NCBI RefSeq assembly: GCF_009914755.1 | Contig: NC_060932.1 | DNA: 64,000 bases | Direction: 5' to 3' (one strand) | Source of the DNA: the human T2T-CHM13v2.0 reference genome, Homo sapiens | Shown here: piece by piece, positions 28,581 to 44,071 of the stretch | How positions within the stretch are numbered: position 1 is the stretch's first letter | How the letters are laid out: each line of letters starts with the position of its first letter | Translations under genes and position numbers: made by a program | The notes under the pieces: model-generated | The model's input: the letters and a program-made list of their open reading frames with translations, nothing else | What the model was told of the DNA's origin: nothing | Databases searched by the model: none

Positions 28581-29659
28581 TATCTCTGTTTTCTTCTTCT
28601 TTTTCTCTCCATTTAATATATGTCTTTTTTATTTACCGTCACTGGACCATGTGCCTCTAAATCAAGGGATGTTTGTATATAACACTGATATAACATGCTT
28701 CCTCAATGAGCATGATAGAGGAGATCCTTGCTTTAAGAAAAATAAAAGAACAGCAGCACTCAGGAGAATCTAAGCATAAATAAGAGATACATGAACAATC
28801 TTTTCTGCAGCCTTAAAGATTAGCACAGGATATTTACCAGCCCAGAATGTTTTGTTTCCCTTAGATGCTTCTTTCCCTCCTTTCCCAGGATAATAAAGCT
28901 GGATGAATTCAACATTATGTGTATTGTTTTGTTATCAAAGATACCATCAGGGCAACACTTGGAAAAGAGCAGCAGCTCACATGCGTTGTATGCTCACTGT
29001 GACTGTGTACCACCTTCATAGCAACACTATGAGGTAGATACTATTAGCATCTCCTTTTCTGCAGGTGACAAGCTGCCATGCACCCAGCAACCTTTACAAA
29101 ATCACAAGGTTGCGATGCAGCTCTGGGCTGTGACCTGGTACTTGTAACCACTCCCCTGTCCTCTCTTAAGTCATTCTACTGTCTGCACACCCTGGTGAGG
29201 TTTGCTCTGTCATCACATCTTGAGTTTTACAAACCTCTTTGCCCTGTTCATCACAGCCTCCAAGAGTATTGGGATTCCCACAGCTTCTAGCATCATAGGG
29301 CTGGTAAATGCACACTGGCTGAAGTCCCGAAAGCTATTTTCTGGCCACTTGGCACTTGTGATCATTTGGGTATTTTGCATTCACTCTTAGAGAAGCAGGG
29401 GCCAGAGAACAGGGGAAGAGAGTTGTCTTCTGAGGCTTCAAATAGGTGAATGTCAAAAAGATGTAGACCAAAAGTTAATCTGAAATCATTCTCTCTGTTC
29501 CCTAAGTCCCCAAGTAATTCCCTGCTTTCTTCTTCTTGCCAGAAAATAGGCTGCCCTTAAAAGGAAATAACAGCATGTTTTTCGACACTTCCAGGTGAGT
29601 CCTGACATGACTAATAGCACAATGCCAACATGTAAAAGGAGTCAAGAAATGGTTAGCTT

Positions 29660-29790
29660 AGTGGTTTACCTATATTATTTCATTTAATTTTCACGACATC
29701 TCTCTGAGCCAGGTACTATTTTCTTTATTTTGGAGATGAGGTAGTGAGGTTAAGTAACTTGCCCAGGTTAATAAGCAGCTTGCCCAAGAT
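29660..29790 (-). mobile_element. MIR SINE
   Basis: tttcatttaattttcac...attttggagatgagg...gaggttaagtaacttgcccagg. Confidence 0.7.
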
Positions 29791-31897
29791 CCCAAGAAAG
29801 TAGTGATTTCCCAATACCTGGTATGTTTCATGAAGACCAAGTCTGCCACCAAAAGCATACGACAACTTTTTTAAATGCATACCTCATTCCCACACTCCTG
29901 TCCTCATGTCACTTAGCAGAAAACCTTGGGAAGTGGGACCATTTATTCCATAAGCATTGATGCATGAATCTTTATTTCTGAGGACTGTAAGGCTCATCCT
30001 CTTCAAACCATTATAAATGCTTATCCTTCCCTCAAGGGGACCTCATAATTCTCACCCCTAATAAAAGATAACACTGCTTTCAAATAAGATCATGAAAAAG
30101 GCTTTGCCATTACTATCGCACAGGCATTAAAAAACATTAAGCAGCCATTATCTGATGAAGGCTACCATAATCAGGCAAATGGTTACTAACTGATTGATTA
30201 CAGTTAGGAGTAGAATAACTGACCCTAGATGGGCTTTTCTTAAACTCTTAAGGGAGGAACTAAGAAAATGAATGTAGACACTTGGAATCGAAGCTAAGTA
30301 CCCACACTGCCTTCCGAATTTCTGAGATTTCATCCAAAAGGGCCATTGACTCTAGTTGGGAGTGACAGAGAGGAAATGCATAAAGGACCATTTTTATATT
30401 TAAGATAGAAGGATTTTACTCTCTTGTTTGTTAACTCAACTTGAGCTACAATTGGGTGTTTTCCCTATATATTTAGACATATCAATGTGGTCAGCAGGAA
30501 TCTAGGATCATCTAGCTCAGCATTTTTTTTAAAACATTTAGTGCTTAAATGTTTAAAAAAAATTTTTTTTTAATCAATCAAGTTTTCAAAATCAATCAAG
30601 TTTTCTGTATGGTTCAAATATACACAACAGACATGAAGGGAGTGGTTTTGGTTCACGCACCCGCCTCTACCCAAAGCACACCCACATCCCTTTGGCAGTC
30701 AAGGGCTCCATGAAACACACATAGAAAACCATCGACTGAGACCTATTCTAAGAAGGTGAACTGACCTGCCCCAGATCTCACAGCTACAGCCTAAGAGCTG
30801 AACTGCAAAAAGAAATACTTTCTGCTTAACAAGTCCCTTTTTAAAGTAATAGGAGTGAACAGAACAAGAGAGATTAGGATTTGTCATGACAGAAAGTGTG
30901 GGTTTGGAAAGAGGTTTGTCATCGAGAATGCTGAGCTATTTCATGACAAGTCACTTTACCACCAGAGTGAAAGCATTTTCTCAGAAAAAAAAGATCTGGA
31001 CTAGAAATGACTTCTTAACACTGTTTCCCCCTTGAAGCCACACAGTTTTGGTTTACAGAGTGTATCCTCAGTCCTATCTTTCACTGCACTGTTTGTGCAG
31101 GGAAAAGGGAAGTGTTGCCCACATACAAGCAGGATCTTAGGGTGAAAGGGCAGGCAAGGTCTGGAAAAGCCCCCTTACTCTGATGGGCTTCCACGGTGGG
31201 CATATTTGCTCCATCTTGCCCACTCCATCCCCCAATTGAGAGACTTGATCTGAAGCCCCTTTATGGTTCACTATCCTGGCCTATTTTCTGCTTTCAAGTA
31301 CTTACTGACCTCCACGTATAATATTTGAATACCCTTGATCTAAATGGAATCGTTATCTGTGCCTTGAAACTATTCATCCCAAGGGCAGAGAGTTAGTATT
31401 ATTATATTCCATTTCAGAAACTTGGAACATTGCTAGGTGCAGATACAAGAAGGTGGTCAACAGGGAAATGGATGGCCAGAGGACAGGAGTGTCAGGAAAA
31501 CCGACTTTCCACCATGGACTCTTTCACATGATTGGATACATGTGTATAGCTCACCCAAAGAAGTCAATATACTTTATCTTAGACATTTTTTAAAAAGCAT
31601 TTTCCTACTTAGAAACCTTTTCTACTTGGAAGATCTACATAGTGATCCTGTAGCCAAGTTCATGTGAAAGACTTCCTTCTTTCCTTTCTCTATGATTGGC
31701 ATGCTCTTATTTTCTCTAGGATCCCCCAACCCTGCACCCTGATTCCCATATACTTTTACAATGGATGCTAAAATCCACAGTTTTCTATAATAACCATGTA
31801 TGTTTGTTAAATAGCATGGCTCACATGGATCTGGAATTTATCACCCCTTTGGAAGTAAACCCATGCCAGAAAATTTCAGCAGGAAGATGTTGTTTCA

Positions 31898-32104
<207 letters not shown>

Positions 32105-32796
32105 CTATAAATAAAGAAGGAAGATCTGTCAATGCTGGCCCCATGCCTAGGAAGACACTATAGTTAAAAGTCTTAGAGTGTGTTAAAGGCTACAGACTGG
32201 ATTCCCTGAAGATAAATATCTAGTTCTTGTCTTTCTCCTAACCTCTGTAGACCTTCTCAATACTGCTGAAAAGCACAAAGAAAGGTCCAGGTGGAGAAGC
32301 TGTGAAAATGATCTAACCATCTCTGCTGAGAAAAAATCCCAAGGAATCCCTAGGAAGTAGTGTTTTTTAATGAATACTCTAGCAAAAAACAATGGGGTTG
32401 CTAAGCAATTAATTACATTAAAGGGGAGACACAGCTGGCCCCAAGTGCCTTTCTCTGTATTCCAAGAAAGTATTTATCTCTCGCTGTCCCTGACATTTCT
32501 AGAGCCTAGCACAACACTGGCTCCAGGAAGTGCTAATAATATTTTTAGGAACGAATGTTACTGGATTTAGATAACTGTATACTAAGAACTGCAAGTCTGC
32601 CTGGGGGCTCTGGACTTAGGGTGGCCCTGAAATGTCCAGGACCATTAGTTATACCAAAGTGGGGAAGCAAAAAGTCAATTCCACCAGGATGTGGAGAATG
32701 GTAATAAGATAATGTGGGCAGTTAGGCTTTATACAGAAGCCAACTAGTCAAGGTCTTTTTTTTGTTCACTGGATCTTTCAGGGAAGTATTTATGAG

Positions 32797-32800
<4 letters not shown>

Positions 32801-32869
<69 letters not shown>

Positions 32870-32872
32870 CAC
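32801..32872. repeat. (AC)26 AA (AC)9 microsatellite
   Basis: Read directly; about 700 bp upstream (in transcript direction) of the exon acceptor. Confidence 0.97.
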
Positions 32873-33727
32873 ATATAAAAACGCAGGGAGTGAGAAAAGC
32901 TTAGCCTTTGACAAATGATGGATTACAAATACATTTATTAGTGAATAAGCATCAATTTCCTGCCCATGGGATGACCATGCTCTGATGGTCTCCCTCAGAG
33001 ATCCCAGGAATTTGGTTTTAGACAGATTAATGCTTCACTATCTAGAATTTTTATCATGTTGGATCAGTGTTTGCCAAAAAAAGTAAGGCTATCATATTGG
33101 CAGCTGTTTGAAGGCTCCTGGGTGGTACAAGGACGTGGCCATTATTATCCCTGCTCTTCTCCATACGCATAATTTCCTTCCACTTCTCTATCAAATCTTT
33201 CAGATTAAGGCAAAAGGAGAGCCTTCATTTGGTAGGAGTGTGATTGTAACACCTGCTGACATGTGTGTTGTTGTTGTTGTTGTTTCCTTGACAAAGAAAG
33301 GGCTTGCTTCAGTCTCAGAATCTTAAAAAAAGGTAGTATATCTAGCATCTAATAACTTTTAAAAACTTTTTAGTGTATTTAAAGTTACCCTTTATTTTAT
33401 GGCAAATAATTATGGCAAAATAAATTTTATTTTCTGTGGCAATATCTTCTTTGTTTTTTAAACAAATTTGAGTTTAAAGACACAACTATCCCTTGGGCCA
33501 ATTTTTAATAAAAAAATAAAGAAACAATGGTGCAGATGGTGAGAGAGTCATAGTGAAAACAGTGGAAGTAATACGGAAGCGATTCAAGGTTGGAAAGTAC
33601 AATGCTCAGGTGTTTTTTTTTTTATTCGTATATTTCCAGTCATATGAGTCCTTGGGCCATTGCTTTCAAAATAATCACAATGCTGATCACTTTTTATTTT
33701 GTACTGTGATATTTTTCTTTTATTAAT

Positions 33728-34341
33728 TGTGGTAGATGGTGTTTTCCAAAGATGATTTTATATATGTCCATATATTCATATATGTATGTTTTCATATAGA
33801 CATATATACATACATATGTATCTGCTTTTCATTCAATGGGACTGACATTTCTTCCACTAATATGTGGGGTTGATGCTCCCTCCTACTCCATTTCAGCAGG
33901 GTTATGTGACCTTCCTGACCAATGTAGTACAGTGGAATTAATGCTATGTGACTTCTGAGGTTAGGTCATAAAAAAGAAACAGCTTCTGCCTGATTCACTC
34001 TCTGGCACTGACCTTTGGAAACCAACCACCATGTTGTGAGGAAGCCCAGGTCACATGGAGAGACCATGTGTAGGAGTTTTGGTCAATTTGCCAGCTAAGG
34101 TCTCAGTTGACAGTCATCACCAACCACCAGACAAATGAATGAACAAGCCTCAGATGATTCCAGCCACCAGCCTTCAAATCTTCCAGCCAAGGCCCCCAGA
34201 TACCACAATAGAGAGTCAAGCCATCTTTGCAGTGCCCTGAGTGAATCCTTGACCCACATAATCCATGAGCATCATAAACAGTTGTCTAATACCACTAAGT
34301 TTTAGGGTAAATTGTTTTGCAATCCTAGTAAGTGGAATACA
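33728..34341 (+). mobile_element. MLT1 (G/H-like) solo LTR
   Basis: tgtggtagatgg...caaagatg...atgctatgtgacttctgaggttaggtcataaaa...gaggaagcccagg...ccactaagttttaggg...gaataca. Confidence 0.8.
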
Positions 34342-35339
34342 TGGTGAAGATGGGAGGGTGAGATCTGTTATAATTTTGTGTTCCCCAGAGTGTCTTGTTT
34401 TCAGTAGATCCCGTGTACATCCACAAGGATTAAGTGAATGAATTAATGAAATGAAACAGCATTCACAGACATAGCTTGCTATTTAATCAGCAGTGACTTT
34501 CACGTTCAGCCCTTGCTTCTCTACCCTGCTGTGTGTTATGCCTACATGGCTCCTAATCAAACATGCCTGCAGCCCTTCATACTGGGGTAATGGGCTGCAG
34601 CCATTTTCCCTCTAACATCTGTGGGAAACCATATTGACTTTGCCTAATTTTGATGAGAGAGGAAGACGTTGGGCATGGAGGGTATAAATGAATAAATGTT
34701 TTTATTGTTGATGATGTTTAGGTTTCTTTTTCTCTTTGCTCATCATCACCTCCTTTCCTTTGCACAACTAGGAAGCTAGAATTTTAGATCTTTTAGCTAG
34801 AAATCACTTACCACCATGTTTCACAAGTCAGCACCTCTGAATCTAGTTCTTTCCTGCTCTACAAATGTTCCTTCGGATTAGCTGAATGAGTTTATAGCTG
34901 ACACATCATTACCCTGAAACTCTTGCAAGTAAAGCTAATCACATCTTTTGAAAACTCCTGTAAACCAGTCACAGAGGCGTAAATTAGGAAGGGAAAGGCA
35001 GAAAGATAAAGTTGCTTATACATCAATATATTAAACTTTTTCCTTCTTGGAAGAACATTCTTTAACTTGCTCATATCCTGGGAAAGGGAGGACGCTCAGC
35101 CTCAGCTGGGCTTCAGGTGGAGATTTACCCAAACACACTAAGTTGACTCAGAATGCATCCTCACCAGCCCACCATGTATGCTTTTGTTCTAAGTTTTCCT
35201 TTTATCATAAATTCAGAGATTCTGAGGTTAACACTCAAGGAGTTGCTTTGCTTTATTCTTCAGCATATACTCTTACTAGGCATATACTAGTAAGAGCATA
35301 TACTCAAAACTTTAGGCATAGATTTTTAAGACTGTATGA

Positions 35340-35645
<306 letters not shown>

Positions 35646-36773
35646 ATTAAGATGGTATGAGCCTACAAAAATGCCTCCATGTAAACAGACATAATAAGTA
35701 AAATGAGGGTAATAAAGATTCCTACTGTTTGTCTCTTCTTAATCAGATGGTAATAAAAGTATTGATACCATTTATCAGGTGATTCTCAGCCTTGGCATTT
35801 TAATGAAATTACTATTAGTTTGCCACACTTTAAGAGCTGTAATGACTCCAGTTACCCCAGTCTGCTGCTTCTTTTGGGATTCTCAGAGCTGACTTTGATT
35901 TGTTCTGCCTGAACTTCTCTTTTTGTAGCATCCAGGGTCAATCTCAGTTACTCCCCCTTCCATCAACATTTCCTCCATCCCCAACAGCTACCAAATGTTG
36001 GGAGTGAATGGCATAACCTGATTCCTTTAAAGAGCTTACACTTCACTTCCACGTACAATTAGAACAACAAGAAGTACATGTTAAACCTTATCACTTGAAT
36101 TCAACATATTTTCCCACTGAAGGCAGGAAAAGAGAGGCAGAGCTGTCAATGCCTTCGACCGCCTCGTCTCCTTTCCTCAACATCCAACACCTATACTCTC
36201 TTCACAGCCATCCCTAGAGGATGACTTTCTCTGATATGCTGCTGGGTTTTTTCTTCCCGCAGTAGGGGCCTAAGCCTAAATAATAATAGTCCATAAAGCA
36301 AAGAAATAAAGCATTTCACCTTTACTAGAAACAGTAAGCTCATAAGAAAAAAACATCCTGCCCAATGGCAAACATTAAAAAAACATTTGCCCCAGTTCTT
36401 TTTCTCAATGTTCATGTCTACCACATCATTCTCTGAATTTACAACCCTGGAGACAATTTTGGTTTATTTTGCTGCCCTGAAAGAGGCCCGAGGCAGTTTG
36501 TTATCTTAACCCCTATGCATAGTGACACCAAGCAGAATTCCAGACATTTCCTTTCTGAATTGGTCCTGGCCTTGCTACAGACAATCTGAAAGTGAATTTC
36601 AGACGCTTTTCCTTTCTGATGCCTTTCTGTTTTACAGGAAGAACTAACTTTATGCAAAATACACATTCCTGAGAGAATGGTTGTTTGCAAATTACTTTTT
36701 TTTTTTTTTGGTAAATGATTTCTATTTTTATTTACTCATATAATAAATTCAGCTATGTTTTACAGTAATTCTG

Positions 36774-37840
36774 ATTTGTATTTAACTAGAAAGAACTCTG
36801 AAGCATTCAGTTTTAAGTTCTCCAAGGTAAACTTGAAGCTTTTCTGCTAAGTAACAGAATAATTAAATGCCTTAAAGAAGGTTGAAATTGAAAGAACATA
36901 TTGCAAAATGCCTTTAAAGTTAAATTTTTATTTTGTGATTCAACTATCCTTTAGCTTATCTGTTTTACAATATAAATTTTCTTTTAATTTACTGGGCTTT
37001 GATTTATAAGAGAACACTGCAATTGTAAGATCCCAATGGTTGTACAAACTCTTAACTAGGTGAGCCCAGTTGGTTGATTATCAAAAAATAGAGAATGCTT
37101 AGACTGTTTACATTCATTGGCAGGGCAAAGTGAGCTTTATGGCCAAATTTCAGAAAGCGGTTTAGTATATCATTATAAGCAAGTGTTTGCAAGCTCTAAG
37201 AATTGCCTATTTCTTCCCTTACTATCTTGCAATGTCCTTTCTTTAGTTCCCAGTCCTCTCTTTTATTAACTTTTATTGTGTCATTTTACTCAAGATTACA
37301 GAGAGAGAAAGAAGGAAAAGGAGGAAACACACACATACACAACAAACCATTAATGTCTACTTTAGCAGTTTTTAATGCTCATTCACCCAAAAAAGGTCAC
37401 TAAATATCAGGAAAAATGGTTAGCTCATAGAATACTTGATATTTGAATTAATTAATTTTAAAGTACTAATAATGTCTTCTTCTGTCACCTTAATCCTTTC
37501 ATGGAAAGAGGTGGTTAGAAAATTTTAAAAACATATCTTGTCTATTGCATGCTGTTTCCCGAATGGTCTATAAAATCTACATATTAGGGATTATTCATGG
37601 GTTTGGACCTAAATATTTTATGACAGAGAAAACTCTTAAACTTCATGCCTCCTAAGGGGAAGACATCTCATGGCCAGAAAGTTAACAGGTAAAAGAAGAA
37701 TACATATCCCCTTAGGTGAAAGAAAGATAAATATACATAGTGCATTTGTGTTTAACTGAAAAGAACTCTTAAACATTAAGTTTTAAGTTCTCCAAAATAG
37801 ACTTGAACCTTTTCTGCTAAGCAGTAGAATAATTAAATGC
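36774..37840. repeat. Dispersed direct repeat, 97 bp (36774-36870 and 37744-37840)
   Basis: Ungapped alignment at offset 970 with 13 mismatches by hand count (~87%). Confidence 0.92.
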
Positions 37841-39286
37841 GTATAGTGTTATTTCACATTCTTCCATCTTTAACCACTGCTTTAATATCACCTGGATTAT
37901 TTCTTACTTTTCTAATTTTGATGCTAATCTCTTCTGATAGTATAAGAGCCCCTAAAGACCAGTAATGTGTAAGCAACTTAGATAACTTTTCTGAACATAT
38001 AGTGAGGCATTATTAGTTTTTTCGTCTGTTCTGCACAGGGGATCTATTTTAGACCCTTCATTTCCTAGTCTTCTTTACTGGGAATTGTAGCTTATTCATA
38101 TTTCCTTCAAAAGGCAGTATTCTCAATGTGTTGACAACGAAAACGGAATGGATTATCGAAGCCTAAATTTTTATGATTAACAAGTAACAGGTGTCAGTTC
38201 ATCATTTGAAATCCTTATTAACCAATGTATTCGTTATTTTCCCGTATTTGCATAATTTACATAAACAAAAGCTCTTTGAGGTTCTTAAAAACTTTTAAGA
38301 GTGCGACAAAGTCCTGGGACCATAAATTTGAGAACCACTGTTTAAAGACATCACTGTTGTAGTGTCTTTTTTTTTTTTTTTAAAGGAGATAAGACTAGAG
38401 GATTTTTTTCTCTTAATTTGCCCATACTGAATATTATTAATGGACTTTAAAATTTCTAAATGCTGTGACCACAGACTCCAAAAGTTGTCAAGGACTCTCA
38501 GTAGTTAGTGGGTTCAAGTTTAAACCTAATGCAAGAGTCCAATCCACTTTAAGACATCTAAGATGGGGGTTAGTAAACCTAAATTATGATGAATATATCA
38601 AGGCTTGTGTGTGTAAACAACTTTACTTGGGTAAAGACAAAATGTCAATCTCCTAATTTAAAATGATTATTTTTTCTTTTCTTCTCTTTTTTTGAGCTAC
38701 ATAAAATTTGGAAAAACACTGATCTAGATTCAGCACTTTCCCAGAAAATCCACAGCATCCGAAAACGTATCCTATGAAATAGGCCACACCATTGTTAATA
38801 AACATTAATGCTTCAAAACGTACTTTCATATGGAAGTCAAAGTCAGATCTTCATCATCTTTTTACTGATTCTTGAGTTTTGCCTTTGGGTAAATGCAAGA
38901 CAAATCTCACTGCCCACTGTACTAATCTCCTTTTCACATGTCGTATCAGGGCTCTCCATTGAGTCTCATGGCTTGTTTTTTGGTTTTCTTTTACCATGAT
39001 GTAGGCTGAGGAATCCAAAACTATACCTCCAGCTCAGTTTTCTTCCTGAACTACAGAATCATATATACATATGCAACTGATGACTTCAGTTTAATTTTTA
39101 CATATAATAAATATATCAAACTCAACATGTCCAAAATTGAGCTCCTGTTCTTCCCCCTAAAAATGCCTCATTTGTAGCCTACATTTCATATCATAGAAAC
39201 TCTATGCTTCCCGCTGTGGAGGCCCTGCATCCTGGATTTTTCATAGACTTTCCTCTTTCTCTTGTACTCCACATATAATCTATTAG

Positions 39287-39760
<474 letters not shown>

Positions 39761-39833
39761 TTCAATTGAAATCTTTAAAATGACTTACAAAGGCTCACTT
39801 GATCTAGCTACCCAGCTCTTTGATGTCATCTTT

Positions 39834-39865
39834 CATTTTATTTTTTTATTTTTTATTTTTAATAT

Positions 39866-39904
<39 letters not shown>

Positions 39905-40193
39905 TTTTTGAGATGGAGTCTCACTATGTTGCCCAAGCTGGAGTGCAGTGGCGCCATCTCGGCTCACTTCAAGCTCCGCCTCCCGGGTTCACACCATTCT
40001 CCTGCCTAAGCCTCCCGAGTAGCTGGGGCTACAGGAGCCCGCCACCATGCGTGGCTAATTTTTTTTTGTATTTTTAGTAGAGACGGGGTTTCACTGTGTT
40101 AGCCAAGATGGTCTTGATCTCCTGACCTCGTGATCTGCCCACCTCGGCCTCCCAAAGTGCTGGGATTACAGGCGTGAGCCACCGCGCCCAGCC
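39834..40193 (-). mobile_element. AluY-like with (TTTA)n tail
   Basis: caagctccgcctcccgggttcacaccattc...; 17-bp TSD tctttgatgtcatcttt at 39817-39833 and 40194-40210. Confidence 0.94.
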
Positions 40194-40899
40194 TCTTTGA
40201 TGTCATCTTTATTACTCTTTCCTTAATACATTCTGTTCCCACTACACCAGTCTTCTTCCTATTGCTCAAAAATGCCAACTATGTCTGTGTTTTTCTTTGC
40301 TGGAATACCCTTCTCCCAGATACCTACATGGCTAATACCCTCACTTCTTTCAAAGCCTTTGAGAATTGTTCAAATGCTCCATTTTCAATAAGTCCTATCC
40401 TGATCTCCCTGTTTAAAAATGCAAGACTCCCTTCTGGAGCTTCCTATACTCATTACCGTGCTCCACTATTTATCTCTCCATCATAAGTATCATCTAACAC
40501 ACTATACAATTCTGTTATTTTTTCTACTGTTTACTATATGTCTCTTCCCACTGGCTTGCAACCTGCACAATGACAAGGGTCTTTCTTAATTTGCAAAGAA
40601 TCTCAAAATTTAGAACAGTACCTGGCACAAAGCAGGAACTCAATAATTATCTGTTGAACAAATGAAAGAACTGTCTGTTCCGCCATCATATATCACAGAT
40701 CCTACATCCTTTGAGTGTCAGAAAACTGGTTCAGGTCCCAGCTGCGCTCTTGACATTCCCAGGTTGGGACTAAAACAGCCTTTCCTCCGATTAGATTTCT
40801 CCTATATTGAGCCAAAAATGCAGAGCCAGTCTAGCACTATAATTCTTAGCAAGACAGCTCACATCTCTGACCCTCAATTTTTTTCTTTTTCAACTGACA

Positions 40900-41130
40900 C
40901 AGAGAGTGATGTGATGAAACAAACTTGGCATTTGGAATCATGCAGACCTGGGTTGAAGGCTCTGGCATTCACTAGCACTGTGGGCCTTGGGCTGGTCACT
41001 GAACCTTTCTAAACGTATTTCTAAATTCACTGCAAATAATACCTATCTTATAGTTTGTGGAAGGATTAGAAATGGTTTAACTAAAGTACTTTAAATAGTG
41101 CCTCCCACATATAATGTTTCCCGAAAGTGT
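40900..41130 (+). mobile_element. MIR SINE
   Basis: tttggaatcatgcagacctgggttgaagg...ctgtgggccttgggctggtcactgaacc. Confidence 0.7.
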
Positions 41131-41137
41131 ATCTTAA

Positions 41138-41524
<387 letters not shown>

Positions 41525-41694
41525 TACAGAGGCAGAGTCTTTGGATTCCAGCCAACTTGAGCTGTAGGCATTGTGAGATGGTGTTAGGTATAGTCAGCTA
41601 AGATTGAAAGAAAAACAGTTGTTAAGAAAGGAAGAGGATTAAAAGGTACCAGTGAAAAACACAGGCATAGGAAGAGGACAAAAGTGAGAAAATA

Positions 41695-41997
41695 GGCCGG
41701 GCGTGGTGGCTCACACCTGTAATCCCAGCACTTTGGAAGGCCGAGGCAGGCACATCACGAGTTCAGGAGACTGAGACCACAATGAAACCCCGTCTCTACT
41801 AAAAATACAAAAAATTAGCTGGGCGCAGTGGCAGGCGCCTGTAGTCCCAGCCTGCCTCGGGAAGCTGAGGCAGGAGAATGGCGTGAACCCGGGAGGCAGA
41901 GCTTGCAGTGAGCAGAGATGGTGCCACTGCACTCCGGCCTGGGCATCAGAGCGAGACTGTCTCAAAAAAAAAAAAAAAAACAACAACAAAAAAAAAG
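41695..41997 (+). mobile_element. AluY/Sc-like, full length
   Basis: ggccgggcgtggtggctcac...ggcgtgaacccggg...tail. TSD gtgagaaaata. Confidence 0.93.
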
Positions 41998-42807
41998 GTG
42001 AGAAAATATAGAAAAAGGGGGAAAATGGAAAAAATAAAAATACCAAATTAAGAGGGGCAAAGGTATGTTTCTCTTTATTCAGGCCTGGGTTTGCTGCAAT
42101 GACACGGTATCACCTTATGTCTTCCAGTGGTAAGTCCTGTCATTTATTTCTCTCTGAAACTCAGAATAAGCAGTCCTCTATTTCCAGGGACAGTCATGTA
42201 CAAGGTGTCCCAATTCCATGCCAAAGATACAGCGCAGCTTCCCCAGGCACCTCATGGAGCTATTTATAAAAGCACACTATCCAGATGTGTAAACGCCACT
42301 GCTCACAAGCTCTGAAGCGGATGCTTGTATGCAACGCTGGTGAGATCTGCTGGCCCCCAAACACATGCTGCTGGGCATCAGGGTGTCTACAATAAAAACT
42401 CATAGAGGGAATAAGCAGATGTGCTCAGGCACTCAACAGGAAACAAGACGTCCTGGCAGCCTGGATGGCTCTGGTTATCAAGGCCTGTTCTTCCTATCAG
42501 CCCAGAATGCACAGCCTGTCAAGAGAAATATGGAGGGAGAGGATCACACTGTACTTTGTGTCTGCTCTGTCTTAGTACAGCAGGAAAACCTATCGCTCAT
42601 CCACATAGATGAGCACACTCTACGGGAGGTGCTGTGACACAAAGGCAGATGTATGCCCTGAGCACATACCAAGGGGCAAATCCCTCTGTGAATGTTCGAT
42701 GAATGAAAGCATGACAAAAGCAAAGATGAAAACAAAAACGAACCATAAAAATTGTTATTGATCATCATCATCATGTCATTTCTACAACAATTACTTTGGA
42801 ATAACAA

Positions 42808-43100
42808 TGTGGTAGATTGATGACAAAAAATGTCCTCAGTGCAAAAATGCCCCTGTGTAATATGACTAAAGGTCCTCTGCCATGAGATGGCATCTATTTT
42901 TCCACCTCTTGAGTCTGGGTGGTAGAAGGGAGCCATGTGGCTTGCTTTGACTAAAAGAATGTGGCAGAGGTGGTGATGGGCCAGGTTTCTGAGATATGTT
43001 TCCAAGAGGCTTGGCATGCATTTGCACTCTTCTTTTGCTTTTCTGAAACCCTTCTGAGAACGTGTGTGGTCAAGCCTGACCAAATTAGCTTCAGGGATGT
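42808..43100 (+). mobile_element. MLT1 LTR 5' part
   Basis: tgtggtagattg...ccacctcttgagtctggg...catgtggcttgctttgactaaaagaatgtggcagagg. Confidence 0.7.
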
Positions 43101-43169
43101 GGCTTAAAAGTATACTGATGCCATTCCAGACATCATGTTCGATATCATTCTAATGATATTCTTCCCACA

Positions 43170-43370
43170 AAACATGGGAAGAGTTGTCTTAAAAACTTTA
43201 CGTAAATCATCTTGAATTTTCCTGACAACCTGCAAAGTAGGTATTACTGCTAGTAGAGAAACATGCTTAGAAAGGTAAAGTAACTCATCCAAGGTCACAC
43301 CGCTAGTGAATTTCAGAACTGCATTCAGTCCAGGTCTGCAGTAATTTCAAACTTCATGCTTACGTCATGA
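43170..43370 (-). mobile_element. MIR SINE
   Basis: acaacctgcaaagtaggtatta...ggtaaagtaactcatccaaggtcacaccgctagt. Confidence 0.7.
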
Positions 43371-44071
43371 TAGCACTCTAATTTGATAGAAACAGGAGAG
43401 AACAATATGGATTAGAGATGCGAGCTATCTTACTGAGGTTTCCAGTGCTAGTTTGCTTCCTTAATGAATTAAGATAAACCTGATCAAAGATGACTCTGAC
43501 TTTGTCCTAATCTGGGTATGCCAAAGGCAGAGCTGGGTTCAGGACCAGCCACATGACTCCAACTCAAGGGCTTTTTCTACTCACCTTATCGTGGAAGGAG
43601 GTGCATTTCCTGCACTATACAATAGGGCAATGCTAATCTCTCTGTCTCTCAATTATACCACTATTAAAGTGAGAAAATACCTACTCTGCCCATTTTACAA
43701 AGTGTTGTGAAGATCAAATCAAATAATCAAAAGTCTAAGTGTTTTATTTGGATCATTTTATAGAAAAGAGAGGGCTGATGGGCCCAAGGGATGTTACGGT
43801 CACCATGCTGTTGGCACTGTGTTAAAAACAGAAGCACTAGAAAATATTGCTGCAATTGTATTTAGTAGGGCAGAGTAGGGATTTGGGGGCTTGGAGAGCC
43901 TATGAACTCTGGAATCCATTACGGTAGGGGGTGGTCTATACAAAGTTTCCAATACTAGCATTCTTGGGCTTTAAAAGTTAGCCACCCCCAACCCCAGGTC
44001 CATGATTTCTTGGTGTTAAAACAATTTATCTATCTGTTAATTCAGCCAAATGATGAATAAATTGACGGGGC

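Noticed and set aside
30571-30605. Short tandem duplications (aatcaatcaagttttc; similar ones near 50810-50840 and 57268-57298)
   Set aside because: Ordinary 15-20 bp slippage duplications expected in any mammalian intron.
39831-39908. TTTCA-TTTTA followed by (TTTA)n, resembling the FAME1 repeat
   Set aside because: A tetranucleotide Alu tail on the opposite strand, upstream of the SAM exon. The FAME1 repeat is in intron 4, which is not in this window since no exon 4 sequence was found.
42544-43083. 179-aa ORF, the longest in the window
   Set aside because: Half overlaps an MLT1 LTR in antisense; no protein family features.
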